A stretch of DNA of 36,382 nucleotides from IMG/VR virus record IMGVR_UViG_3300037991_005016, positions 1-36,382 of that record. The stretch is one strand, 5' to 3'. The stretch is from a virus. Its lineage: Duplodnaviria > Caudoviricetes. Positions 24,911 through 34,531 of this stretch are shown here, piece by piece (positions within the stretch are counted from its first letter, which is position 1; each line of letters starts with the position of its first letter). The translations under genes and the position numbers were made by a program. The notes below the pieces were generated by a model. That model was not told the origin of the DNA and searched no databases. It worked only from the letters and a program-made list of their open reading frames with translations.

Positions 24911-27523
24911 TCACCTAAAGTTTGCCTTGATTAAATATACATGTTCGCTATTAATGCCGTGTGCCTTACTAATGTTATCAAAAGAATCTATCTCATTTAC
25001 TATGCTAACTAGTTCTCCTGCGCTCATATCTAAATTATATTCCTGTTGCATTTTGATTAACATACCTTCTACATGGTCGAAGTTATTTTCATCTCTAGTA
25101 GCATAATGTATTTCTTTTCCTTTCAATATCCTAAGAGAGTCGTGCGCTTCCAATAAACGATAATACAATTCGGACTTTTTCATAGGAGTAAGTTTCTTAG
25201 CCTGTGATAAAAATTCATCAATAATAATGCTTACTTTTTCTTTATCGGTCTTATCTTTTTCACTATCAATTATCCTTTGTTTGTTTTGTTCCAAAGCATC
25301 TACTAAAACAAAAATGGGAGTTATTTCAGTAGCATTATCAATGCCTGTTTTTTCATAGGCTTCTTTTGTATTTTGACCTTCAAATTCCTCAAGAATAGTC
25401 TTATTAGTTATTTTATTAATTGCGCCAAAAATAGAAGCAATATCTCTATCAATAATTTCCTCCATGCCTTTTTCACTCGCATATATTTCATCAAGGGATT
25501 CTTTGAAATCTCTTGCTAGTTTTACAATGGTTTGTTTCTTATCAATTTTAAAAACTTCTCCTGTATTGAGGGCTTTTAAGAAAGGTATGAGTTGTTCTAA
25601 ATTTTTTCTTTTGACAAAACCTGTTTGGGATTTCCTAATCATTTTGCTCATTACCTTATATGGTAAAAACCCGCCCCCTTTTATTTTTCCTTGTCCCCCT
25701 TCAAAGTCAATAATAGAACTAATTATTCTTAGGTGTCCATTTACACTAAAGGGTAATTTTCTACCCACATTCACACTAGGTAAATTCATAGGTGCTACAA
25801 AAAGTTCTCCTATCATTTCACCAACCGCTACTAATTGTTTCATAACTTTAGTTAGTTCCCTTTTCTTTCCTTCCTTGCCCTTTTGACCGTAAATATATCT
25901 TCTTAACCCTAAGCCTGTTTTGGGGTCGGTTTCCATTCCATATTCCGCATCAGTACCTTTTGCCGTTTTTGGTTCTTTACCAAATTGTTCTATATTCATA
26001 AAGACAGAAAATGTTGTTCTAGTTTCTTCTAATAAATCAGCAAATACTCTAAAGAAATCATTTAGAGTTTCTCTCACTTCATCTGCTTTAGAAGAATAGT
26101 TTGTGTCTTTTCCTTTATACGCTTCCTCTAATTCTTTTTCTTTAAACATAAAAATAGGCAGGTGCATAATTTTTTGGTCGTGACTAGTTATTGCTTCGTG
26201 GGTATCTAATAACCTTTCAAGAAGTTCTTCTCCTGTTTTTCCTTGAAGTAATTTAACTTTCTTTCCATCTCTCATATCTTCAAACATTTCTCTAAGAGTG
26301 TCTTTGAAATCTTCATCGTTAAATACTTCTGCAATTCCTTCTAAGTCTCTTTTCAAATAAAGTATTGTTAGAGGGTCTAAGTTTATTTTATTTCCTAAAT
26401 CTTTAACTTTGGCCATTTCATTACTAGTGGCTAAATTTTCTCCTATCGAGCCTCCTCTAATTCTTTTACCTTCACCAGTAACAGTGTCAGTTCCTTTTAT
26501 ATCAATTCCGCTTTCATCTGTTTTTGTTGCAGTTAATTGTCTTTCAGCCAAAAATTTGTTAATTGCTTTTTGCGCCCTACCCTCAACATCTCCAACATCA
26601 ATTTCTTTTTGTGGAATTTTCACAACATAGTTTAGATTTTTTAGATTTTCTGTAACGCCTATAAAATTTTCAAGGTCTTGTTGAAAATTTTCATCGGGTG
26701 CTTTTCTAATTTTTTTGAGTTCTTCTACTAATTTTTCTACTTTTTTTATGAATCCGTTTTCGCTTTCATCTTCAAACTTATCATATATTTCTTTCCAATA
26801 ATCATAGATAGCCCCTCTCTTGTTTAAATCATCCATTGAAGTCTTATCGAAAATATTAGTTAAATCCAAATTAATATATTCTATTGTTTCATCTTCTTCT
26901 TCGGCATACTTTTCTTCTATTGCGGAAATTAACTTATTGACATTCTTTTTGTAGATGCGAGCATTAGAACTTGTCATTGAATTTAATAGTGCGGGAGTGC
27001 CTTCATACATTCTAAAAGGTCTTTTATTAGTAGAAGTAAACGGTACAATTGAATCCTTATCAACATCAAATTTCTTTCTCTTAAATGAAGATAATGTAAT
27101 AGAATCGCCCGTATTAGAAAGTTTTACTGCTTGTTGCCCCTTAGCCCCTAAATTAATTTTCATTTTTTCCAGTATTTGTTCTAGATGGGCTTCATCTTTT
27201 TGCACCGCACTATCAGCCACTGTAGCAACTGGCTTTGTTTTAGTAAAGTGTTCATAGATAGAATCTAAGATAGTGTTTTTAGCATTTTTTCTTTCAATGC
27301 CACTTAACTCTTTTAAATCCACTAACGCTCTATCTTTTATAGCCCGTTTATAATCGGCACTTTTCTTAAATCTACTTAATGTCTGTTCCTTTACTTTGCT
27401 TTGGTCTGTTTCTCCTGTTATCCTAACAAGTCCATCGGTTTGGTATAAGGAATAAGACTCTTGAAAGGCATCTCTTACTTCTCTAAAAAAAGCATCTTCA
27501 TTTTTAATATATTGATTCGCCAT
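24911..27523 (-). CDS. Large charged helical hypothetical protein
   Basis: 870 aa; compact C-terminal domain after MKKS with HTH-like FDNISKAHGINSEHVYLIK. Confidence 0.75.
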   Translation of the reverse strand: MANQYIKNEDAFFREVRDAFQESYSLYQTDGLVRITGETDQSKVKEQTLSRFKKSADYKRAIKDRALVDLKELSGIERKNAKNTILDSIYEHFTKTKPVATVADSAVQKDEAHLEQILEKMKINLGAKGQQAVKLSNTGDSITLSSFKRKKFDVDKDSIVPFTSTNKRPFRMYEGTPALLNSMTSSNARIYKKNVNKLISAIEEKYAEEEDETIEYINLDLTNIFDKTSMDDLNKRGAIYDYWKEIYDKFEDESENGFIKKVEKLVEELKKIRKAPDENFQQDLENFIGVTENLKNLNYVVKIPQKEIDVGDVEGRAQKAINKFLAERQLTATKTDESGIDIKGTDTVTGEGKRIRGGSIGENLATSNEMAKVKDLGNKINLDPLTILYLKRDLEGIAEVFNDEDFKDTLREMFEDMRDGKKVKLLQGKTGEELLERLLDTHEAITSHDQKIMHLPIFMFKEKELEEAYKGKDTNYSSKADEVRETLNDFFRVFADLLEETRTTFSVFMNIEQFGKEPKTAKGTDAEYGMETDPKTGLGLRRYIYGQKGKEGKKRELTKVMKQLVAVGEMIGELFVAPMNLPSVNVGRKLPFSVNGHLRIISSIIDFEGGQGKIKGGGFLPYKVMSKMIRKSQTGFVKRKNLEQLIPFLKALNTGEVFKIDKKQTIVKLARDFKESLDEIYASEKGMEEIIDRDIASIFGAINKITNKTILEEFEGQNTKEAYEKTGIDNATEITPIFVLVDALEQNKQRIIDSEKDKTDKEKVSIIIDEFLSQAKKLTPMKKSELYYRLLEAHDSLRILKGKEIHYATRDENNFDHVEGMLIKMQQEYNLDMSAGELVSIVNEIDSFDNISKAHGINSEHVYLIKANFR

Positions 27524-27524
27524 A

Positions 27525-29699
27525 TTATTCCCCCTTTATCTCTAATAGTTGTTTATCGGTTAATCTGTTGAGAAGACTCTTAGGTATGGATTTAGGATTT
27601 TGTGCTTTTTCGTCTAACATCTTTTTTAATTTATCCTTAAAAGCAGTTCTTATTTTTATAAGGTTTTTCTCAACTTCACTAGCAATCTCACTTATTAGGG
27701 ATTTGTCTTTTGTTGATAAACTTTTCTTTGAAAATTGTTTTTTGCCCTCAAGTAATTCTTCTAGTTTATTTTTCAAACCTTCATCGTCTAAATATAAATG
27801 TGCTATTGAGAATAAGTAGGCAAAGCCTTCTCTAGTAGTTAATCTTCTACCAAAATAATTTGTTAAATCTCCACCAGTAGGTATCAATTCATCCTTAATG
27901 TCTTTAGTTTTCTTCTTCGATAATAGATATTCAAAGAATGCTTTTTCGGATGGTTTAGAAAAAGTAACTTCTGTTTCAATTTCACCTGCTATTATTTCTT
28001 CATTATCGGATAATTCGTCTTCATCAAAAACATCGTTTTCATCAAAAGCATATTTTAGCATAGCATTAACAAAGGAAATTATTTTCTTATTACTAGTGCG
28101 GAGTTTATCTTTATCTGCCATGCGAACAAGACCGGCATTTAATTTTTGTTCGGGAGTATCGTATTCTTCCTGTGGATATATGTTTAATTTTCCACCATCC
28201 ATAAAAGGAGCATAAAGTTTTGGGTAAGTAAGTAAATTTTCCGAATCGAATATATCTTCAATATCTTCGGTATCATATTGTTCGACTCCACTCACTTTAT
28301 CGGATTCATCTATCCTGCCTTTGTATGCAGTTGCCGTTTTTTCAGTAATTCTTTCTACCGCTACTGAAAAAGCATCACCACTACTACTACTAAATAGATT
28401 CTTTAATGTTGGGTGATAATAAAGTCTTTTATGGCCACTAGTAGCCTCATACAGTTGTAATTTTTGACTATCTTTGCTCGGTGGCCCTAATTTAAAACTA
28501 AAATAATCCTTTAAATTTGAAACTTTAGCCTTTCTTGAGCCTTCTACTAACTCAAAATACTTCTCTATTGTGTTTTCGTTTATGTCTGCTGACTCAAAGG
28601 AAAGTTCTTCTCCAACATCAAAATTTATAGTTTCAATAACTTTTTTGTCTTTTTTATCTAGTATTTCTCTAAGAAGTGGCATATCTTCAAAATATACTAT
28701 CTTTAATTTGTATTTTTTTGCTATATCATCGTCTTTGAATCTTAATTCCTCTTGAAGAACTGTTCTTTCTTCTTTGCTTGCGCTTCTTGGGGTGCGTTTA
28801 CCATCAGCAAAGTCTAGTTTCTTAGGCCATGTTCTTCTAACTTCTTTTTTTGTTGTTGTATGTGTATAAATGTACTTAGACATGCCTTTAATCCACGGTT
28901 TTTTATGTGCTTCAAGGTCAAATCCCTCAATTGGAACAAGTTTTTCATAAGTACTAAAAGATTCGTTGCTAGAAGTTAAATATTGATTATTATCGGAAGT
29001 TTTGGTAAAACCTGCAATATTTTTAGGTAATTTTACTCCAAATGTACCTATTCCTATGATTAATTTCATAATATTAAACTGCATTTTCTTGGGGTTGTCA
29101 AAATCTTTAAGAGTAGAAACTGCTTGAGGGCCTTTTTTCTTATCTTCTTTAATATCCCCTGTATTTTCTTTAAAAATAGCGATAATTTTTCTTAAATTTT
29201 TAGAACCTATGTCTTTTTTAACCCTATCTATCTTATTTTTCTTACTCATACTGTAATTATTATATTTTTTCATCAAAATTTTGTAAAATTCATCTAAATT
29301 TGGGTTTTTACTGTTGATAAATTTAGCCACTTGGCCTTCAAAATCTAATTTTGGCCTTCCCTTCTTCTGTCTTCCTATGTCAAACTCCAAAACTTTACTA
29401 AATCTCTCAAATATTTTTTCTTTAGCCTGTTTTCTTTCGTTTCTTGGCACATCTGCGACATGTTTTTCATATGCTTCGGGAAAATTACTGCTAAATAAAC
29501 CCAAAAATGAATCTAAATCGTCATAATTAATACTACCTGTGTCTAAATTAGCGAATTTTGAAAATATTTGCTCTTTTGTTTCGGGAATGAAATCTGCTTT
29601 TCTTCCTGTTGCGCTTTCTTTTGTTAGCATATTACGATATGTATCGTCTTGCATTAAGAAATCCCAAAATAAATCTACAGTGGGAGCATAAGTAGGCAT
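27525..29699 (-). CDS. Large charged hypothetical protein
   Basis: 724 aa, GGAG RBS, K/E/D-rich, no recognisable motif. Confidence 0.75.
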   Translation of the reverse strand: MPTYAPTVDLFWDFLMQDDTYRNMLTKESATGRKADFIPETKEQIFSKFANLDTGSINYDDLDSFLGLFSSNFPEAYEKHVADVPRNERKQAKEKIFERFSKVLEFDIGRQKKGRPKLDFEGQVAKFINSKNPNLDEFYKILMKKYNNYSMSKKNKIDRVKKDIGSKNLRKIIAIFKENTGDIKEDKKKGPQAVSTLKDFDNPKKMQFNIMKLIIGIGTFGVKLPKNIAGFTKTSDNNQYLTSSNESFSTYEKLVPIEGFDLEAHKKPWIKGMSKYIYTHTTTKKEVRRTWPKKLDFADGKRTPRSASKEERTVLQEELRFKDDDIAKKYKLKIVYFEDMPLLREILDKKDKKVIETINFDVGEELSFESADINENTIEKYFELVEGSRKAKVSNLKDYFSFKLGPPSKDSQKLQLYEATSGHKRLYYHPTLKNLFSSSSGDAFSVAVERITEKTATAYKGRIDESDKVSGVEQYDTEDIEDIFDSENLLTYPKLYAPFMDGGKLNIYPQEEYDTPEQKLNAGLVRMADKDKLRTSNKKIISFVNAMLKYAFDENDVFDEDELSDNEEIIAGEIETEVTFSKPSEKAFFEYLLSKKKTKDIKDELIPTGGDLTNYFGRRLTTREGFAYLFSIAHLYLDDEGLKNKLEELLEGKKQFSKKSLSTKDKSLISEIASEVEKNLIKIRTAFKDKLKKMLDEKAQNPKSIPKSLLNRLTDKQLLEIKGE

Positions 29700-29713
29700 A
29701 GCAATCTACTCCT

Positions 29714-29986
29714 TCATATTTCGCCAAGTATTCTTTTTAGTTCAAAAGCAAATTTTTCATCATCTATAGAAAACTCTTTTTGTTTATCCATCCTATAGAG
29801 TTGATTTTTAATCCACGCTCTAACAAACTCATCATCAGTCATAGGCTTACTGCCCATTCTATCATAGGTGTCTTTAGCCCCTTCAAGAAACTCCACTCCA
29901 TCACCGAATCTATCATCTATTACTTTAACCAATAGTGCATATTTTTCCGAAGGGAAATCCCTTTTTACTATATCTTTCCAACTCAT
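29714..29986 (-). CDS. W-tagged hypothetical protein
   Basis: 90 aa, MSWKDIVKR. Confidence 0.75.
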   Translation of the reverse strand: MSWKDIVKRDFPSEKYALLVKVIDDRFGDGVEFLEGAKDTYDRMGSKPMTDDEFVRAWIKNQLYRMDKQKEFSIDDEKFAFELKRILGEI

Positions 29987-30330
29987 TGTAATTTCTCCAA
30001 TTTTCTAATGTAATCTTCTACCCGTTTTATAACTCCGTCAGTATTAACACCATGAGAAACCATAAACATCTCATCTACAAGTCCTTCGTGAAAATACGGC
30101 CCACTTTTATGTCCTTTAGCATCTTCTAGCAATTCTTTAGCCATTTCCATTTCAAAATCTAAAAGTCCATCAAAATCATTATATCCCAATTCTTCAAGGT
30201 CAAGCCCCCCTTGTCTTATATCATCAACTAATTCCGCATCATCGGGGTCATTAGACAGACTATAATATTCTACCATTATTTCATAAAGTTTTTCAAGTTT
30301 ATCTTCTTTTAATATATCCTTCCAACTCAT
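29983..30330 (-). CDS. W-tagged acidic protein
   Basis: 115 aa, MSWKDILKE, strongly D/E-rich; ends EKLQ like the terS candidate. Confidence 0.75.
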   Translation of the reverse strand: MSWKDILKEDKLEKLYEIMVEYYSLSNDPDDAELVDDIRQGGLDLEELGYNDFDGLLDFEMEMAKELLEDAKGHKSGPYFHEGLVDEMFMVSHGVNTDGVIKRVEDYIRKLEKLQ

Positions 30331-30342
30331 TGTAATTTCTCC

Positions 30343-30621
30343 TTAAATTCTATTTGTTCTATCCATTTGTTGTTGTCGTTGTTCGTTTAAATTTTTTGCT
30401 TTTGTTAAATTATCCATAGAAATTTTTAATAAGTCCATCATTTTTCTATTAACATCCATTGTTGATTTTAGAGGTTGTGCGGAAGGTATTGTTCCTCCTT
30501 GTCTTACTAACCTTTCAAGATTTTCATTTTCTTTTTGTAATTGACTTGCGATATTTCTTCTTAATTGAATAGATTTTTCAAAATCAAATAATTCCTGCTT
30601 AACTATATCTTCCCAACTCAT
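30343..30621 (-). CDS. W-tagged coiled-coil protein
   Basis: Start moved to ATG 30621 (MSWEDIVKQ) inside the junction repeat. Confidence 0.72.
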   Translation of the reverse strand: MSWEDIVKQELFDFEKSIQLRRNIASQLQKENENLERLVRQGGTIPSAQPLKSTMDVNRKMMDLLKISMDNLTKAKNLNEQRQQQMDRTNRI

Positions 30622-30637
30622 TGTAATTTCTCCTGCA

Positions 30638-30874
30638 TTAACGGTCTGCTCTATATTGCGGGTCAAATAACAGTTCTTCCAATGTTCTTAAAGCCTCAAA
30701 GGGTTCATTACCCGTAAGTTCATTTTTCATTATTTCATATAATTCATTTGCGGCCATTTGAAGTCTTTTACTAACTTCATCTTGTTTCTTTTTGTATTCT
30801 TTATCATAACCAACAAAAATATCCGATAGTTTATTAGGTCTTTTTCTTTTTATAATTTCTTCTTTCCAACTCAT
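30638..30874 (-). CDS. W-tagged helical protein
   Basis: 78 aa, MSWKEEIIKR. Confidence 0.72.
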   Translation of the reverse strand: MSWKEEIIKRKRPNKLSDIFVGYDKEYKKKQDEVSKRLQMAANELYEIMKNELTGNEPFEALRTLEELLFDPQYRADR

Positions 30875-30891
30875 TGTAATTTCTCCTGCAT

Positions 30892-31536
30892 CTAAAAGTA
30901 TTTCTCCAACATAAACTTTATGTGATTTATTGCTTCTTTATTATTTGCTTGTTCTTGAGTATCGGCCAATAGTTGTTTTGTTTTAGAATCATTATTCTCT
31001 AATTTTTCTATTATATCTAATGCTAAAGCCTTAACTCTATTACTAGGAACTTCTTTGAAATCTAATTTATCGTGGTCTTTTGTTCGGTAAATAGCAGAAG
31101 CAGGTAATCCTTCTTTTTTGGGTTTTCTTCTAATATCTAATCCCATTATTCCGCTATCATAATCTAAATTCACCATTTCTTTTTTTGGTAATAGTTGAAT
31201 TAATCTTGGCTTTCCTTTATCCTTAAATCGCAACTCATGGTCGGATTCATGCCACCCTAAAAAAGCATAAATGGTTGATTGATGGATATTAGGAGAAAAA
31301 TACTTGCTAACATATTCTTCTAATTCTTCATCATATTCTTGCTCTATGTTTTTTATTTCATCACCTTGAAATCCATGATATAATTTAGAGTAAGTTATAT
31401 TAGGAAATGGCCTACTATGTGGTATATTTTTTCTATTTAATTCTTCAATCAATTCTTTACCTTTAGGGCTTCTATCATATTCATATTGTTCCCCGCCTAC
31501 TCTATATGGGGATTTAAGAATAGATTGCCAACTCAT
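30892..31536 (-). CDS. W-tagged putative ADP-ribosyltransferase-fold protein
   Basis: 214 aa, MSWQSILKS; LYHG followed by YFSPNIHQSTIYA fits the H-G / YF[S/T]xxxxxAxxYA pattern of ART-like domains. Confidence 0.55.
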   Translation of the reverse strand: MSWQSILKSPYRVGGEQYEYDRSPKGKELIEELNRKNIPHSRPFPNITYSKLYHGFQGDEIKNIEQEYDEELEEYVSKYFSPNIHQSTIYAFLGWHESDHELRFKDKGKPRLIQLLPKKEMVNLDYDSGIMGLDIRRKPKKEGLPASAIYRTKDHDKLDFKEVPSNRVKALALDIIEKLENNDSKTKQLLADTQEQANNKEAINHIKFMLEKYF

Positions 31537-32189
31537 TGTAACTTCTCCTGCATTCTTTTCTTAATGTCTAGCCAAATTTGAGGATTGTTTTCAGCAAGCA
31601 CTTCTTGGACAACTTGCATCTGTGCAAATATAACTGTGTCCTGTCTCTTATGTATAAGTTTGCCCTTAAACTCCATGAGATATTTTAATGACTCTCTAAC
31701 TTCTTTCGCAAGTTTAGTTAGACTATCTATCTCTCTAGGCTCTAAATCAATATCATTAAACAAATCATTCAACTTACTATCGAGCCTTTGTATGTTAGCA
31801 CTTAGTAAATCAATCTCATTAACTTCTTTCTTTGCTATAATAACGGCTGCGGATTCTTGAACAAGTGGTGCTAAGTGATGTTTCATATGTCTTTGAATTT
31901 GCTCTTTTGTTGTTCCTAGTGCTTCGGCAATAGCCTCACTTGTAATGTCACCATTCGACAAACTTTCTTCATAGTGTTTTCTCATTGGGTCGGTGCATAA
32001 TACACACTTAGGATTACTACTATTTACATAATCTCCCATGTGGTTTCTCTGATGTTGCGCTGCCGTTCCACTTCTCCAATTATGGGTTCTATCTAAATCA
32101 TCACAACTTACTGAACCTTGTTCAAGAGCCTCTTCTAATTCCTCTCTATCTTCATGTTGGCAAAAACCACAACGCTTTCTTGTTACCAC
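31533..32189 (-). CDS. Putative terminase small subunit (tandem Zn-binding HTH repeats)
   Basis: 218 aa, GTG start; two repeats CxxC...HxxxH (CGFC...HQRNH; CVLC...HMKHH), HTH-like SEAIAEALGTTKEQIQRH, helical C-terminus; upstream of terL. Confidence 0.55.
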   Translation of the reverse strand: MVTRKRCGFCQHEDREELEEALEQGSVSCDDLDRTHNWRSGTAAQHQRNHMGDYVNSSNPKCVLCTDPMRKHYEESLSNGDITSEAIAEALGTTKEQIQRHMKHHLAPLVQESAAVIIAKKEVNEIDLLSANIQRLDSKLNDLFNDIDLEPREIDSLTKLAKEVRESLKYLMEFKGKLIHKRQDTVIFAQMQVVQEVLAENNPQIWLDIKKRMQEKLQ

Positions 32190-32198
32190 ACTATCGCC

Positions 32199-32438
32199 TC
32201 ATTCAATATATTCGGGATTATCCACTTCTAATTTTCTTGATATAATTTTTTCCATATACCTGTGTAGCATTTCTAAATGCTCTATTATTGGCTTGTCCGA
32301 CTTATCTTGTTTATTTTCAATAGCACTTATCGCCATATTCAATCTCTCGGCCATTCCTCTAATAATATCAATCATATCATCTGCATTAACTGTATTAGTT
32401 TTTTTATCTACTAGGTTTTTTAATATGCCTTTCCACAT
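32199..32438 (-). CDS. W-tagged helical protein
   Basis: Start moved to ATG 32438 (MWKGILKN), just after the upstream stop. Confidence 0.7.
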   Translation of the reverse strand: MWKGILKNLVDKKTNTVNADDMIDIIRGMAERLNMAISAIENKQDKSDKPIIEHLEMLHRYMEKIISRKLEVDNPEYIE

Positions 32439-32442
32439 TTTA

Positions 32443-33618
32443 TCAACCCCATAAATATTCATGCCAAGATTTCTTTACATTATCTTCCGTTTCTTGAGGA
32501 ACTTTTAGTCCTTTAACATTTAGATAATCTCCCCATCTTAATTTCTTTGACTTTCCTTTACCAACTACTGCAACAATCAATGAAGCCATCGCTTGCCTTT
32601 GAAAAGGCTTCAAGGTAAAGTATTTTATTTCTCCGGCGGGAACTTCTTCTAATCCCCCTATTCTAGCCAACAATTCTTTTTCTGTTGTAGCATATTTAAC
32701 TCCTTTAGTTCTACCGGATATAGTGAATCTCATGCCTTGAAAACTCGCAGCCATTTTATTTAGATTAGGTCTTCCACCCTTACTAAACAAATCCTTTCTG
32801 TTTAGCAAACTAAATACATGTTTTCTAATTGAAGTAAAGTTGCTTAGTAGTGAAGGTCGCCTAACCAAAACATCAATGTTTTCTACTCCTTTATTTAATT
32901 CAGCAATAGCAATATCAATTACATCTTTAAGCCCAATCTTTACTAAGTTTCCTCTACCAAACAATGCTTGAGCCAAAGGAGGATTTGCAGTATTCTTAGA
33001 TTTGCTATACCATGTTTCGGGTGCTTGTTTTGCATCGGGGTATTTTGTCTTAAACCATTTATTTGCATAGTGTCCATAATAAACTTCTTTGCTTTCTTCA
33101 CCACTTCCCAAGTTATTTCCTTTGTTGTCAAATTTCTTAGGAGACTTAAATGTAATATTTCTAGGATTCAGCGTACTGTTAGGTTCAGCATACTTATCTA
33201 TTTTTTTCTTGAATGCTTCCAAGTCTTCTCTATGTTCTTCTGTTAAAAAACCAACATCGGGAAAATCTTTCATAAATTGCTGAATGTCTTTTAACAAAGT
33301 AAATGTTCCTGTTCCTCCCTTATTAGGAGAATTATCTCTTCTGTAAGAACTTGTAACATGTTGTTCTAGTTGAGCATAGAGATTATCGGGGTGTGGCTTT
33401 CCACTCTTAGTATCAATTTGACCCTTCTTCTTGCCTTCTCTTTCTCTTCGTATTTTTCTGCCTTCGCTTAACAAACGCTTGCTTGAAATGCTTTGGCATT
33501 TTTTCTTCCACTTATTATATTCATCTATGAATTTATATGTGCCATTAATGGTAATGTCATTTCCTTTCAAACTAATTACTGCTTTCTTTGCTATTTTTAT
33601 CCCTCCTCTTTTTACCAT
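32443..33618 (-). CDS. Basic hypothetical protein with C-terminal W motif
   Basis: 391 aa; ends VKKSWHEYLWG; exact start uncertain (47-nt overlap with upstream gene). Confidence 0.72.
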   Translation of the reverse strand: MVKRGGIKIAKKAVISLKGNDITINGTYKFIDEYNKWKKKCQSISSKRLLSEGRKIRREREGKKKGQIDTKSGKPHPDNLYAQLEQHVTSSYRRDNSPNKGGTGTFTLLKDIQQFMKDFPDVGFLTEEHREDLEAFKKKIDKYAEPNSTLNPRNITFKSPKKFDNKGNNLGSGEESKEVYYGHYANKWFKTKYPDAKQAPETWYSKSKNTANPPLAQALFGRGNLVKIGLKDVIDIAIAELNKGVENIDVLVRRPSLLSNFTSIRKHVFSLLNRKDLFSKGGRPNLNKMAASFQGMRFTISGRTKGVKYATTEKELLARIGGLEEVPAGEIKYFTLKPFQRQAMASLIVAVVGKGKSKKLRWGDYLNVKGLKVPQETEDNVKKSWHEYLWG

Positions 33619-33988
33619 ATCTTATGTTGAATAGTTCGGGGTTAGTTCCATGACCGCCAAATGAAACTCCTCCTGCTTCTTTTTCAAAAGTATCTTTTTC
33701 AAGTAAAGACCTCTTTCTTTTTTCCCCTGCTTCGCCTAATTTAATCGCTTCTTTGGTAGAAAGTTTTACTTCTTGGTCTGTTATGTCTTTTTCTTGTCTT
33801 GATTTAGTATGATGTGGTTGAAATGGTGGCATTCTCCTATTAATTTTCCCTGTCCGATATAGTTTTTTTTCATCAACGGGAACATAATAATTATCATCAC
33901 CCTTCGACCCGTTGAATTTATACAATACACCATTTAATTCTACAAAAGGCGGTGCTTTCATATTCTTTAATATGCTTTTCCAATTCAT
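33572..33988 (-). CDS. W-tagged hypothetical protein
   Basis: 138 aa, MNWKSILKN. Confidence 0.72.
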   Translation of the reverse strand: MNWKSILKNMKAPPFVELNGVLYKFNGSKGDDNYYVPVDEKKLYRTGKINRRMPPFQPHHTKSRQEKDITDQEVKLSTKEAIKLGEAGEKRKRSLLEKDTFEKEAGGVSFGGHGTNPELFNIRYGKKRRDKNSKESSN

Positions 33989-33989
33989 A

Positions 33990-34217
33990 TCAAGCCCTCG
34001 CTAAACTTCCAAGTATTCTCTTAATGCTATCCATAGTAGTCTTATGCGCTCTATGATATTCTCCGGCTAAGTTTTTAAACTCTTCACCATCAATCATTTC
34101 TTCACCATGAAACTTTCTAACTATTTCATCTAATTCTTTTAAAATATCTCTTTGCTTGCCAAAGTTATCAATGGCATTTTGCGTAGTTTGACGCTTTAGA
34201 ATAGTTTGCCATGTCAC
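33990..34217 (-). CDS. W-tagged helical protein
   Basis: 75 aa, GTG start after GGAG, MTWQTILKR. Confidence 0.72.
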   Translation of the reverse strand: MTWQTILKRQTTQNAIDNFGKQRDILKELDEIVRKFHGEEMIDGEEFKNLAGEYHRAHKTTMDSIKRILGSLARA

Positions 34218-34228
34218 AATTAACTCTC

Positions 34229-34531
34229 CTAATCAAGTTTGTTTTCTCTTTTTACTGTTTCTTCTATAATCTCTTCCAAAGTTTCTAGTTCGTCTATCAC
34301 TCTAATGAAATTTTTCATGAAACCTATTATATGTTTGCGTTCATATTCTAGCCTCTTTTGAAAATTTTGTTCTTTGGGAGAAGGATTTTTTACTTTATCC
34401 CAAAACTCAATAGTTTCTCTAACCCTCCTTAACCTATAATCTAAAAACTTACGCAGTTCTTTAGCACTTGAAAATAATTCATCTATTTCTTTTTCCGATT
34501 TAAAATCTTTTAATATATCTCCCCAACTCAT
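34229..34531 (-). CDS. W-tagged coiled-coil protein
   Basis: 100 aa, MSWGDILKD, AGGTGA RBS. Confidence 0.75.
   Translation of the reverse strand: MSWGDILKDFKSEKEIDELFSSAKELRKFLDYRLRRVRETIEFWDKVKNPSPKEQNFQKRLEYERKHIIGFMKNFIRVIDELETLEEIIEETVKRENKLD

Larger units (their letters stand above)
29978..31553. repeat. Junction repeat family A, CCAACTCATTGTAATTTCTCC(TGCAT), 5 copies
   Basis: Copies at 29978-29998, 30322-30342, 30613-30638, 30866-30891, 31528-31553 (last has one mismatch); minus strand ATGCAGGAGAAATTACAATGAGTTGG = RBS + ATG + Ser-Trp. Confidence 0.92.

Noticed and set aside
29978-31553. CRISPR array interpretation of the five 21-26 bp repeats
   Set aside because: Spacers are about 230-640 bp complete genes of variable length, the repeat is an RBS/start codon with no palindrome, and no cas genes are present
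3950-33131. Short nested minus-strand ORFs (3950-4174, 6171-6374, 7220-7411, 10919-11110, 32943-33131)
   Set aside because: Out-of-frame overlaps of longer genes, with no convincing RBS or motif
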